64,000 nucleotides of DNA from Nitrosopumilus sp. Its GTDB lineage: Archaea; Thermoproteota; Nitrososphaeria; Nitrososphaerales; Nitrosopumilaceae. Below, piece by piece: positions 10,190 to 19,297 of the stretch; the first letter of the stretch is position 1, and every line of letters starts with the position of its first letter. The position numbers and the translations under genes are program-made. Below the pieces are notes generated by a model. It was not told the origin of the DNA. It saw only the letters and a program-made list of their open reading frames with translations, and searched no databases. The DNA lies in the NCBI GenBank assembly GCA_963667665.2, contig OY763927.2, positions 992,001 through 1,056,000 on the forward strand, in the 5' to 3' direction.

Positions 10190-10894
10190 TCACAGAGTTT
10201 CAAGATGAATACCAACACAAGAGAAACTTGTCCTATCACGAATTTCAGAATCCGCAAGTCCAGAATACTGGTAAAAAAATACTGTATCTTGAAGATATGT
10301 TCCATAATTGATTATCCCACAATCAGTAAAAGCCCAAGTCTGAATTACAGCACCTGTCCCATCAAGAACATCTACATCTACATCAAATTCATTGAGTAAA
10401 TTGCCTCTATCCATCCAATCTGCAATAAAATCATAGAATTGTTTTTTATCTGCACTAGGTAGTGATTCTAAGAAAAATATTGGATTAACATCACGAAAAT
10501 CATACATTCTTGCTAGAGGATCATTTGAATCACCAGGATCAGATGTTGTTATTTCAAATTTTTCAAAAAAGTGCACGGGTAAAGGTGACATTATGTTAGA
10601 AATTGTAACTCTAAATGATTGAGCACGTTCTTCATCAGAATACATTGTTTGGGCGGCAGTTACTTCAGTAATTGGAATTGGTACATCAATCACACCATTG
10701 TTAATTAGATACTCTAATGATTCAACATAATCAGCATCACTAATTGAACCTTCAGACCACCACTTTGCATTATTTTTAATCCAGTCAGGTATTGTAGAGT
10801 CTGCAGCTGACGCTGTAATTGAGAAACCTAAGAATCCAATTATAGATATTGTAAAAATTATTGAAAATTTTTTTGGGAATTTTTTTATATCAAT
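10190..10894 (-). CDS. Secreted protein: signal peptide, IPDWIKNNAKWW surface module and tail-tube-like domain
   Basis: The frame stays open upstream of the track ORF (10693) through KKFPKKFSIIFTISIIGFLGFSITASAA and IPDWIKNNAKWWSEGSISDADYVESLEYLINNGVI. The only plausible start is ATT at 10894-10892. Confidence 0.7.
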   Translation of the reverse strand: MDIKKFPKKFSIIFTISIIGFLGFSITASAADSTIPDWIKNNAKWWSEGSISDADYVESLEYLINNGVIDVPIPITEVTAAQTMYSDEERAQSFRVTISNIMSPLPVHFFEKFEITTSDPGDSNDPLARMYDFRDVNPIFFLESLPSADKKQFYDFIADWMDRGNLLNEFDVDVDVLDGTGAVIQTWAFTDCGIINYGTYLQDTVFFYQYSGLADSEIRDRTSFSCVGIHLETL

Positions 10895-11322
10895 TATGTA
10901 TTGTTCTGAGTACTTCCTTTTAATTGATCAACTAATTCTCTAAGATCTTTTAGTAATTTTTCTTGATTGTATTCTAAATCATCCATTCTATCAAGAATTA
11001 ATTTTTGGGCATGTGAGATATCCTTTTCTTCTTTTTCAAATCGATGTTTGTAAAAAGATGTTCACAATACAGATAAGAAAAGAGCCAAAACACCAATTCC
11101 AAAAAACATGTAAAAGATTGCTACAATTTTACCTGTATCAGTTACAGGTACTACATCTCCATATCCTACAGTTGTTACTGTAGCTACTGTCCACCAAACT
11201 GCATCAAGCATTGAATTAATTTGAGAATCTGGATGTTGTGATTCTACAGAAAAAATTACTAAAGAGCCAATTACAATAACTCCTGCTGCAGCGAAAAGAA
11301 GATAAAATAGTTTATTTACAAT
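10894..11322 (-). pseudogene. Two-TM potassium channel with in-frame TGA at codon 87 (pseudogene or naturally truncated)
   Basis: DAVWWTVATVTTVGYGDVVP selectivity filter. TGA at 11064-11062 follows the second TM helix; the frame then continues as a coiled coil to TAA at 10896-10894. Confidence 0.8.
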
Positions 11323-12596
11323 TAAAAACTAAATCTAGTTATTAAAAAGACTAACGCGAATCCAGATAAAAATATGATTCCTGCGAAACTCAAAAGTTTC
11401 AGCAACATAGAAGGTTGGGATTCTTTTGCAAGATGTTTTCCTGTGACTAGTCTAAAATTAAAAATAGCAATTACAGGGGCAATCAGAAATGATAAAACTG
11501 TTGCAAAATCAACTAGTTCTTTTAGATTATTTTTAAATTGAAATACAATTACAAGTGCCCCAATAGAGATTACAAATAAGAAAATGACGTAAAGTTTATT
11601 GAATTTGGGGCTTGTATTTTGTTCTTTTTTTGTAAAAATCAATTCTACAGTTCTCTTCAATGATCTAGAATAACCATCCAAAACAGCAATGATTGTTCCA
11701 AACATTACAGTAAATGCAGATGCTGCAATTAGGATATAACTCCAATCACCAATGGTCTGTGTGTATAGTGTTACTATTTTGTGTGCAAAAAGAGAATTGT
11801 TATTTGGCAAGTCTTCACCAGATCCATAAAAAATAAAAGATCCAAGTGTGACAAACATCACTGCAAGAATTCCTGTTATGAAATATGTTAATCTAAATTC
11901 AAAAATAGTTTCTTTGAGTTTTGGGATGTATTTTGTTTGTTTCATTCGCTCTAATGTCCATAAACTATTCCAGCTTGAAAGATCAACTGCAGTAGGCATC
12001 CAACCCATTAAAGCAAGTAAGAAAAAAATTCCAGAAGCATTCCAAAGTTCTTTTGGTACAAATTCATCTACAGGTTCTATTGGACCATTATACAATGCAA
12101 ACAAGAAAGCCGAGACAGTAGATATTACCAAAACAATAACTATAATCTTAATCAGGCTATCAAGAATATTGTATTTTCCAACTGCTAAAATTAAAACACA
12201 TATTGCAAATAAAATGATCATGGTCCATTCTCCAAGAAAATCTATTCCAAAAAGATTTTCAAAAAATCCTGCAGCAACAAAGCCTACAGCACCTGTAACA
12301 AAAAACATTGAAGCAATAGTTAGGAGAAAATATAACCATAATGCTGGTCTTCCAAGTTTCTTATAGCCGTCAATAATACTAGTTTGAGTAGAATTTGCAT
12401 AACGAGAACCATATTCAAAGAAAGGATATTTTAGCAAAGTAACTATAATTACAAATCCTAAAATCAGTAAACCAAAATCAGCACCAGCCCTAGTAGATTG
12501 AACAAGATGAGAGACACCAATTGCAGTACTTGCAAATAATATTCCAGGACCAGCAGTCTTTGAAAAACGAGATAATTTCTCATTCATTGTATTCAA
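11322..12596 (-). CDS. NRAMP-like divalent metal transporter
   Basis: GPGILFASTAIGVSHLVQSTRAGA, LKYPFFEYGSRY and ALMGWMP motifs; polytopic membrane protein. Confidence 0.8.
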   Translation of the reverse strand: MNTMNEKLSRFSKTAGPGILFASTAIGVSHLVQSTRAGADFGLLILGFVIIVTLLKYPFFEYGSRYANSTQTSIIDGYKKLGRPALWLYFLLTIASMFFVTGAVGFVAAGFFENLFGIDFLGEWTMIILFAICVLILAVGKYNILDSLIKIIVIVLVISTVSAFLFALYNGPIEPVDEFVPKELWNASGIFFLLALMGWMPTAVDLSSWNSLWTLERMKQTKYIPKLKETIFEFRLTYFITGILAVMFVTLGSFIFYGSGEDLPNNNSLFAHKIVTLYTQTIGDWSYILIAASAFTVMFGTIIAVLDGYSRSLKRTVELIFTKKEQNTSPKFNKLYVIFLFVISIGALVIVFQFKNNLKELVDFATVLSFLIAPVIAIFNFRLVTGKHLAKESQPSMLLKLLSFAGIIFLSGFALVFLITRFSF

Positions 12597-12611
12597 AAAA
12601 CCTTCTAAAAT

Positions 12612-12983
12612 CTAAACAGTGTTGACAGTCCAAGAATCATCAACATAAACACCAATAACTTTTGCACCTAAATTCCAGGAAGAAATTTCCTCAACTCCTT
12701 TTTTAATGAATTCAATGTGTTCTTCATCAGAAACTGGGTTTGCTGCACAATTATAATGTCCAGAAAAAACAATTAGTTCTGATTTGTGAGCACGAACAGA
12801 TATTGTAGCTTTGGTTTTGAGTGATGCAGTTATAGAATCTCGTGTGACATTCTTATCTACACCTGGTTCTGTAATTGCATCTACATAGTCAACAGAATAA
12901 TTTTCTTTAATCCATTTTGCTAATGGAATTTGAATTCTACCATCTATACAGGAAATAGAAGTCGCAAATTTTCCTTCAGACAT
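12612..12983 (-). CDS. Putative small beta-type carbonic anhydrase
   Basis: CxDGR ... HxxC zinc ligands (SCIDGRIQ, GHYNCAANP). Confidence 0.75.
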   Translation of the reverse strand: MSEGKFATSISCIDGRIQIPLAKWIKENYSVDYVDAITEPGVDKNVTRDSITASLKTKATISVRAHKSELIVFSGHYNCAANPVSDEEHIEFIKKGVEEISSWNLGAKVIGVYVDDSWTVNTV

Positions 12984-13012
12984 GAATTCAGATAATTATT
13001 CTAGTTTAAAAA

Positions 13013-13567
13013 TTATTTTTTGTATAGAAAGCAGTTAGAAATATGATCATTTACCATTCCTGTTGCCTGCATTAATGCATAACAGATTGTAGGCCCGACA
13101 AAATTGAATCCTCGTTTTTTAAGATCTTTGCTTAATTTCTCTGAAATTCCAGTAGTTGTAGGCAAATCAGATAGTTTTTTGAATTTATTTTTGATTGATT
13201 TATTCTTTACAAAGCCCCATAGATACTTGTCAAATGAGCCAAATTCTTCTTGAACTTTGAGAAACAATTTTGCATTATTAATTGCCGAATTGATTTTCAG
13301 TTTGTTTCTAATGATAGATTCATCTTTGAGTAGTTTTTCAACACGTTTTTGAGTGTATTTTGAGACTTTTAGAGCATCAAAATTAGAAAATGCCTTCCTA
13401 TAGCCATCTCTTCGTTTGAGAATAGTAGTCCAAGATAGACCTGCCTGAGCCCCTTCTAGTATTAGAAATTCAAATAACTTTTGATCATTGTGTTGTGGTT
13501 TTCCCCATTCTTTATCATGATATGTTGTATTAGGTTCATCTTTTGCCCATTCACATCTCTTTTTCAT
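13013..13567 (-). CDS. tag: DNA-3-methyladenine glycosylase I
   Basis: RCEW, YHDKEWG, LEGAQAGLSWTTIL, IIRNKLKI, FVGPTI and GMVNDH motifs. Confidence 0.95.
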   Translation of the reverse strand: MKKRCEWAKDEPNTTYHDKEWGKPQHNDQKLFEFLILEGAQAGLSWTTILKRRDGYRKAFSNFDALKVSKYTQKRVEKLLKDESIIRNKLKINSAINNAKLFLKVQEEFGSFDKYLWGFVKNKSIKNKFKKLSDLPTTTGISEKLSKDLKKRGFNFVGPTICYALMQATGMVNDHISNCFLYKK

Positions 13568-13618
13568 AATTAGTTAATAGTTAACACAGAATATTAGTTG
13601 TCAAATACCAGGAAAATT

Positions 13619-14044
13619 ATGAAATGAAACCAACAGCTATTACAAATTAACAGAAATTTTCTTATTTGCTTTATTATTTCAGCATCGCTATCAGCAGCAG
13701 TTGCTCAAATTTTATCAGATTATGAAAATTATCTAAACACAACTTTTACCATAATTTTTGGATACATCATTTACTTTGGAATTTTTTCATGTTTGTTTTA
13801 TTTGGATAACAAAGGACGTTACAAGACTATGAAATCAAGTTTAATCAAAAAAGAATTACTTACTTTGGTTTCATCATTTGGAGTAGGTGAAATAATTTAT
13901 CTTCTAGTAAGATGGCCAACACTGTATTATTTTCTTGAGATTGGAATAGAACCATTTGTGGCATCATTAATTTCAGAAATTATTTCAACTGCATGTTATA
14001 TGATAACAGTTACAGTATTTCTTAGAAAAACAAAGACGTTTTAG
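13619..14044 (+). pseudogene. Four-TM membrane protein with TGA at codon 3
   Basis: ATG AAA TGA AAC CAA... then one open frame (NQQLLQINRNFLICFIISASLSAAVAQ...) continuous with track ORF 13793..14044. Confidence 0.65.
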
Positions 14045-14446
14045 TTATTTTGCAAGTTGATTAACTAAATCAGTAGATGTGATTAGTCCAACAATATCAC
14101 CATTGTCAGTTACTGCAAGTTTTCTGATTTTTTTGCTACTCATCCTTTCTGCTGCAGCTGAGATGGATTCGTCATGATTAATTGTAACCAATGGAGAAGA
14201 CATTATTTCTTTAGCGGGAGTATCAAATGAACGATTGTTTGCAGCAATTTTTGTTGCAAAATCTCTATCAGTAATGATACCAACAAGATGATCATTTTCT
14301 TTTACAAGAACTGCACCTATTCCTCCTTGTTCCATCATTTTTGCTATTTGAAATGCAGTAGTTGCAGGATTTACAGAGATTAAGGCCTTAATCATAATAT
14401 CCTCGACTATAATTGAGGAAAAGTTAGAATCGTCAGGGCTCATCAA
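14045..14446 (-). CDS. Tandem CBS-domain protein
   Basis: VEDIM, GIGAVLV..LVGIITDRD, EIMSSPLVTI and IVGLITSTDL motifs. Confidence 0.92.
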   Translation of the reverse strand: MMSPDDSNFSSIIVEDIMIKALISVNPATTAFQIAKMMEQGGIGAVLVKENDHLVGIITDRDFATKIAANNRSFDTPAKEIMSSPLVTINHDESISAAAERMSSKKIRKLAVTDNGDIVGLITSTDLVNQLAK

Positions 14447-14485
14447 TTTTGTTATTAATTGTGATATTTAAGACATTCATAGATA

Positions 14486-14857
14486 ATGAATGGGAATATT
14501 TCAAATATGGGCCTAAAAGAAAAATTTTCAAAAAAAGACAAAGTAGGAAAAACAGAGAATGCCAAAAATGAATTACAGAAAGAATATGATGAAGGAAAAA
14601 AACAATTTCTAGGACAAGCAAAAAGAATGAAGAATCTTTGGAAGAGCAAAGAAATTGTTCAGTTAAAAACTGACGCCATTGCAGTATTGTACAAGAAAAG
14701 AGGTTATGAGGAAAAATTTTTTGAAGAATTTAATAAAATTACAAAAGAAGGATATCAAATGGTCTTAATGGAACCAGTAAAAGCAATTGATGCAGGACCA
14801 ATTGATATGCAAATTGGATCATACTATTACTTTCAGCACAAAAGTTGTATTAGATAA
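14486..14857 (+). CDS. Hypothetical protein
   Basis: 123-aa ORF; the real start may be the internal MGLKEKF. Confidence 0.7.
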   Translation: MNGNISNMGLKEKFSKKDKVGKTENAKNELQKEYDEGKKQFLGQAKRMKNLWKSKEIVQLKTDAIAVLYKKRGYEEKFFEEFNKITKEGYQMVLMEPVKAIDAGPIDMQIGSYYYFQHKSCIR

Positions 14858-16548
14858 CTATTCTAGTTTTTCAACCATTGGTAATTGCCAATCTTTCTCA
14901 TAGTATTCTGCAGTTGGAGAATAGAATCTAAACATCAGGAAAAATCCATCGCCTTCATTTGTATTTATCAAATGATTTTCATAACCTTCTGGGGCTTCTT
15001 GTCCAAAGTATACATCGTAAGAACCATCATCATTTTGTATTAGAGTATCAGCAACAAATGAACGAATTCCAGGTAATGGCTGTACATCATTTTTAATCAT
15101 GGAACGTGTTTCAGCATCGTAAACAACTATAGACCAAAAGTTTTCAGCAGGAATATTTTCTGGTATGTTTAAGTGATATGTGTTTGAACCTACAAGGAAA
15201 TTTTCATCACTGTCTCTATAATTTAGCAGATATTTTGAGCCCTTTCCTACAAGCTCAAGTACCATTGCATCAGCGGTGGTAATTGCTTGATAAACATAAG
15301 ATAGTCTTGGTTCAATCATTGTAGCTCCTCGTTCATCTTCAAAGCTAGGATTTTTAGTCATAAGTCCAAGCTCCCAATTTTTGTCAGGATAGTAAATGAA
15401 TGGTTCTTTGACAGGAGAATCATAAGCAATATTTCTAGACATTAAATTTGCCACAATAGCTGCCTCATCTAATAGTGCTTTAGTATGTTCATCAGGTTCA
15501 AATGGTTCTCCTGGAACTATACCAATTGAATGCATTAATCCAATTAGATTTTTGTCTTCATCTCTAACTACAGTTTCTTTTGAATATACTTCATGTAAGA
15601 ATTCCCAGAAACCTTCAGTGGTTGGATGTGAAAGCTTTAATGATTCTCCACTTACGTCAATGAATTTTGCTTTGGGAGGATTATCGATTTCTGACAAATT
15701 ATATACATTGAGACTTGTGATTAGTTCTTCTGCTGCTGCTTTATCAGGAGCATTTACAAAAGCACGACCAATTGCAAGAACTTGCATTGTATCAGATTGT
15801 TTAACAAAATAATTTTCAGTTCCTCCATCAAAATCTGAAGGAATTTCTCCATCATAGTTTGGAGGAAGTATCAAAAAGGATGCTTCATTTCCTTCATTAG
15901 GTCCTACTATTCCAAAATCAGTAATTGGTTGCTGGTAAACATTATCTACATGACCTTGAAGATTACCAGATGGAACATTAACAACGATTGGCCATTAGAA
16001 AGATCCTGAAATGTGAAAAAATACAATACAGAGGTGTTTCCTGTAAGAAGATCAATATCAGAATTCATAAAATCAGACCAATATAGAATGTCACCAGTAG
16101 TAGCACCTACTTTGTCTTGTTCATAAAATATTCCAGCACCACCAACTGCAGGAAGTGCAAGTTGGTAAACTTGAATGGCACGTTGGAAAAACAATTCATC
16201 TTTTAGAAGTTTTTGAGTTTCTGAAGTTAGATAATCAGATTGTAACTCTAGTGTACCAACTCTAGTTTCAAAAGTTTCTAATGATGACTCTTCTATCATA
16301 GATGCTTCTTTTTGTATATTTCCAAATCCTACATTTATTAATTTTTCAGCACTAATTGGTGTGACACATACTGCATCACCTAAAGTACGAATCATCAATA
16401 CTAACCCAGATTTACAAACTACATCTTCAGCTGCAATTCCATCAGCCATTTGTTGTCTAGGATAATCAATTGTTTCAGCAAATGATAATGCAGGAATTAT
16501 TCCAAGTGATAAAATTAATGGAATTAATGCAAAAATAATAATTTTCAT
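14858..16548 (-). pseudogene. Secreted DUF1254/DUF1214 protein split by a 1-bp frameshift near 15991
   Basis: Signal peptide MKIIIFAL...; QRAIQVYQLALP, LLTGNTSVLY and DLSNG|PIVVNVP join the downstream ORF with FWSIVVYD and FRFYSP once one base is added. Confidence 0.8.
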
Positions 16549-16575
16549 AAAATCTAATGATGTATGTAATATTTT

Positions 16576-16584
16576 AAAAAAAAA
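16576..16584 (-). terminator. Oligo-T terminator after tRNA-Arg
   Basis: T9 run on the minus strand directly 3' of the tRNA. Confidence 0.5.
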
Positions 16585-16585
16585 G

Positions 16586-16660
16586 CGGGCTCGACCGGAT
16601 TTGAACCGGTGACCTAACGCTCCGCAAGCGTTCGCACTATCCAAGCTGTGCAACGAGTCC
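16586..16660 (-). tRNA. tRNA-Arg(GCG)
   Basis: GGACTCG...CGAGCCCG cloverleaf; anticodon arm AACGC-TT-GCG-GA-GCGTT; T arm ACCGG-TTCAAAT-CCGGT. Confidence 0.93.
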
Positions 16661-16701
16661 GAAAAGTTTTGAAATTTACGCTTAATTTGGATTGCGATTA
16701 G

Positions 16702-17517
16702 TCAGATTGTTTGTGTAAAAATGTAAGAAGTGTCTTCGGATTCATGAAATGCCCAAACAGTCGGCAAAGATAGGGTTTGAATGGACTTTAGATTGTTTTT
16801 CTCAATTAATGAACCCCATCCTGCCTCGTTTTTTGGATCTGGTTGATATTTTTGAGAGTAAGTTCCTGCAAACACCCAACCAGTTTTTTTAAGATTAGAA
16901 ATTGAATTAATTTTGTCTAAAACACCAGATGTTAATTCAGTACCGCCCATTTGTGCAAGGCCACCAATAAAGAAAATTGGTTGTGTTAGATTCAATGAAG
17001 AATAATCAAAGGTTGTGGCATCAGAACAATACGGATGAAAATCAAGTATAGTCAAAAGTTTTTGCAGATCAACTAACATATTATCAATTTCAATACTGTA
17101 TGATTCCAATCCTAAAACTTTAGCACAAAATGCAATTCTACCATCCCCAGAACCAATATCAATAACTTCTTGATATCCAAATTCTTGCGCAAGTAAAACA
17201 CCAACATATGCAGACATTATCCATGTTGGAGAAAATGGAGCATTACTTGAACCATGTTGAATGCTGTTTAACCAGTATTTGTTAATGTCACCTTCATAAA
17301 CAATACAAGTAGTGTCACCAATAGTTTTCTCAAAAGAATTGTAATAGATAGGATTCTTTGTTGCAAATTGATGTAACAACTCTAAATCTTGTTGATGAAT
17401 TGGAAACAAGTCAGATTTTAAAACAGGAATTACTTCTTGAATTTGACTTTTACCATCATAGATTTTTGCAAATTCTTTTTTTAAATGAACCAGATTTTTA
17501 GCAAGGTCTTCAATCAT
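16702..17517 (-). CDS. Putative class I SAM-dependent methyltransferase-like protein
   Basis: VIDIGSGDGRIA, SIEID and CSDAT motifs; start MIEDL overlaps the upstream gene. Confidence 0.65.
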   Translation of the reverse strand: MIEDLAKNLVHLKKEFAKIYDGKSQIQEVIPVLKSDLFPIHQQDLELLHQFATKNPIYYNSFEKTIGDTTCIVYEGDINKYWLNSIQHGSSNAPFSPTWIMSAYVGVLLAQEFGYQEVIDIGSGDGRIAFCAKVLGLESYSIEIDNMLVDLQKLLTILDFHPYCSDATTFDYSSLNLTQPIFFIGGLAQMGGTELTSGVLDKINSISNLKKTGWVFAGTYSQKYQPDPKNEAGWGSLIEKNNLKSIQTLSLPTVWAFHESEDTSYIFTQTI

Positions 17518-17950
17518 TAGACAATCCTTTGCCATATTGTTCAACAAATTCTTTTGTGCTCATTTTTTTACGTAGTTCTTCATAGAGTTTAGCGTCATTT
17601 TCAATGTCTTTTTTTGATTTTTGTTCAGATGTTCCAGATTGAAGATTCTTTGTAGTGTCTTGAATTGATTTGGAAAGTTGCTCTATTACCTGAGGGTGTA
17701 TAATTAAATTAAATTTCTTAGATATTACTTGCTCAATTTCTATAATTTTATCTAGTAATGTTTGGTGCTCATTAGCATCAATCTGCTGCTTTAGCATTGT
17801 AATCATCGAGGATACATTCATGATTTGATAGTAAGTTTCTATAATTTCATGTAAAGATAAATCGGATTTTGTTGCTGCAGTGTTGATCAAATGTACTAGT
17901 TTTTCAGATTCAGCATCAAACATACTTGTAACATCATCAACAGAGTCCAT
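17510..17950 (-). CDS. Hypothetical helical protein
   Basis: 146-aa ORF coupled to the downstream gene. Confidence 0.75.
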   Translation of the reverse strand: MDSVDDVTSMFDAESEKLVHLINTAATKSDLSLHEIIETYYQIMNVSSMITMLKQQIDANEHQTLLDKIIEIEQVISKKFNLIIHPQVIEQLSKSIQDTTKNLQSGTSEQKSKKDIENDAKLYEELRKKMSTKEFVEQYGKGLSND

Positions 17951-17997
17951 GTGGCAAAAATAATCTCAAATTTTTAAAAATGTTGGTATTTGAAAAA

Positions 17998-18702
17998 TTA
18001 TGCTTCTTTTTCTGCCGATTTGACAAAAACATAGTTCATAATCAAACCTGCGATAATTCCACCCAAAATTGGTGCTGCCCAATACAACCAATGGAATTCC
18101 CAAAATCCAGAAATTAATGCAGGACCAAATGTTCTTGCAGGATTTACAGATGCACCAGTTAATGGAACTGCAACTAGATGAATAAGGAAAACCATTCCAC
18201 CAATTGCAAGTCCTTGAATTCCAGGAGTTGCTTTTTTGTGAACTGCAACCATAAAGATTACAGTTACTAAGAAGAATGTCAAAACTGCCTCTAATGCAAA
18301 TCCAGAACCAATGCTATTATTGATTAAATCACTTGGACCACCTTGAGTTCCAAAGTTTACTTTGGCTCCAAGTTCTGGTAAAATTGCTTTAAGTGTAGCA
18401 GCTGCTGCTACTGCACCAATTAATTGTGAAATAATATAACCAATACCATCTGCAATTCCAATCTTTCTTGTAATCATCATTGGGATGGTAACTGCAGGAT
18501 TAATGTGAGCACCAGATACATGTCCAAATGCATAGACCATTAATGCAATAGCACCTCCGTGTCCAAGAGAAATAAACAATACAGATTGTGTAGTTAATTC
18601 TTCACCAAATGCAGAAACTGCTAAAATTACTGAGAGTGGACCAAAAAATACCAAGCCATAAGTTGCAATTGCTTCAGCAAGAAATGCTCTTGGATTAACC
18701 AT
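17998..18702 (-). CDS. Aquaporin (MIP family)
   Basis: SGAHINPAVT and GASVNPARTFGP NPA boxes. Confidence 0.95.
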   Translation of the reverse strand: MVNPRAFLAEAIATYGLVFFGPLSVILAVSAFGEELTTQSVLFISLGHGGAIALMVYAFGHVSGAHINPAVTIPMMITRKIGIADGIGYIISQLIGAVAAAATLKAILPELGAKVNFGTQGGPSDLINNSIGSGFALEAVLTFFLVTVIFMVAVHKKATPGIQGLAIGGMVFLIHLVAVPLTGASVNPARTFGPALISGFWEFHWLYWAAPILGGIIAGLIMNYVFVKSAEKEA

Positions 18703-18806
18703 TAAGCTAAAGCCACGTCAGTTTCCATATAAAACATTCGAACCAACAATATGATCATCGTAGGTCAAAAACTAATTAATTATGGAGAAATTTATCTGAA
18801 AACATA

Positions 18807-19271
18807 ATGATTTCAGAAGGAGATCCTGTTCCAAAATTTGAGATAAGTGATGCAAACGGTAACAAAGTAAAATCTACTGATTTTAAAGGCAAAAAACATG
18901 CCATCTATTTTTACCCAAAAGATTTCACACCAGGATGTACTACAGAAGCTGATGAATTTTCAAAAGACTATAAAAAATTCCTAAAAGAAGAAATTGAAAT
19001 TATTGGTATTAGTCCTGATGATGTAGACTCTCACAAAAAATTTTGTGAAAAAATGGGAATTAAATATCCACTTTTAGCAGATGTAGATAAAAAAGTCTCA
19101 AAGATGTTTGGGGTTTGGGGTATGAAAAAATTCATGGGAAGAGAATACATGGGAGTCACTAGAAGTACATTTCTTGTAGATAAGAAAGGAAAAATTTTCA
19201 AAATTTATCCTAAGGTAAAGGCTGCAGGGCATTCAAAACAAGTCCTAGAGGATTCCCTAAATTCAAATTAA
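18807..19271 (+). CDS. bcp: Peroxiredoxin Bcp/PrxQ
   Basis: YFYPKDFTPGCTTEA and RSTFLVD motifs. Confidence 0.93.
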   Translation: MISEGDPVPKFEISDANGNKVKSTDFKGKKHAIYFYPKDFTPGCTTEADEFSKDYKKFLKEEIEIIGISPDDVDSHKKFCEKMGIKYPLLADVDKKVSKMFGVWGMKKFMGREYMGVTRSTFLVDKKGKIFKIYPKVKAAGHSKQVLEDSLNSN

Positions 19272-19297
19272 AAATAAGAAAAAGTTGGATTAAAAAA

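Noticed and set aside
11062-13627. In-frame TGA codons as selenocysteine or genetic code reassignment
   Set aside because: TGA is a normal stop in many genes here, the contexts suggest Gly and Leu rather than Cys, and no SECIS is evident.
16549-16653. N-terminal extension of track ORF 15946..16653
   Set aside because: It runs through tRNA-Arg; the signal peptide begins at 16548.
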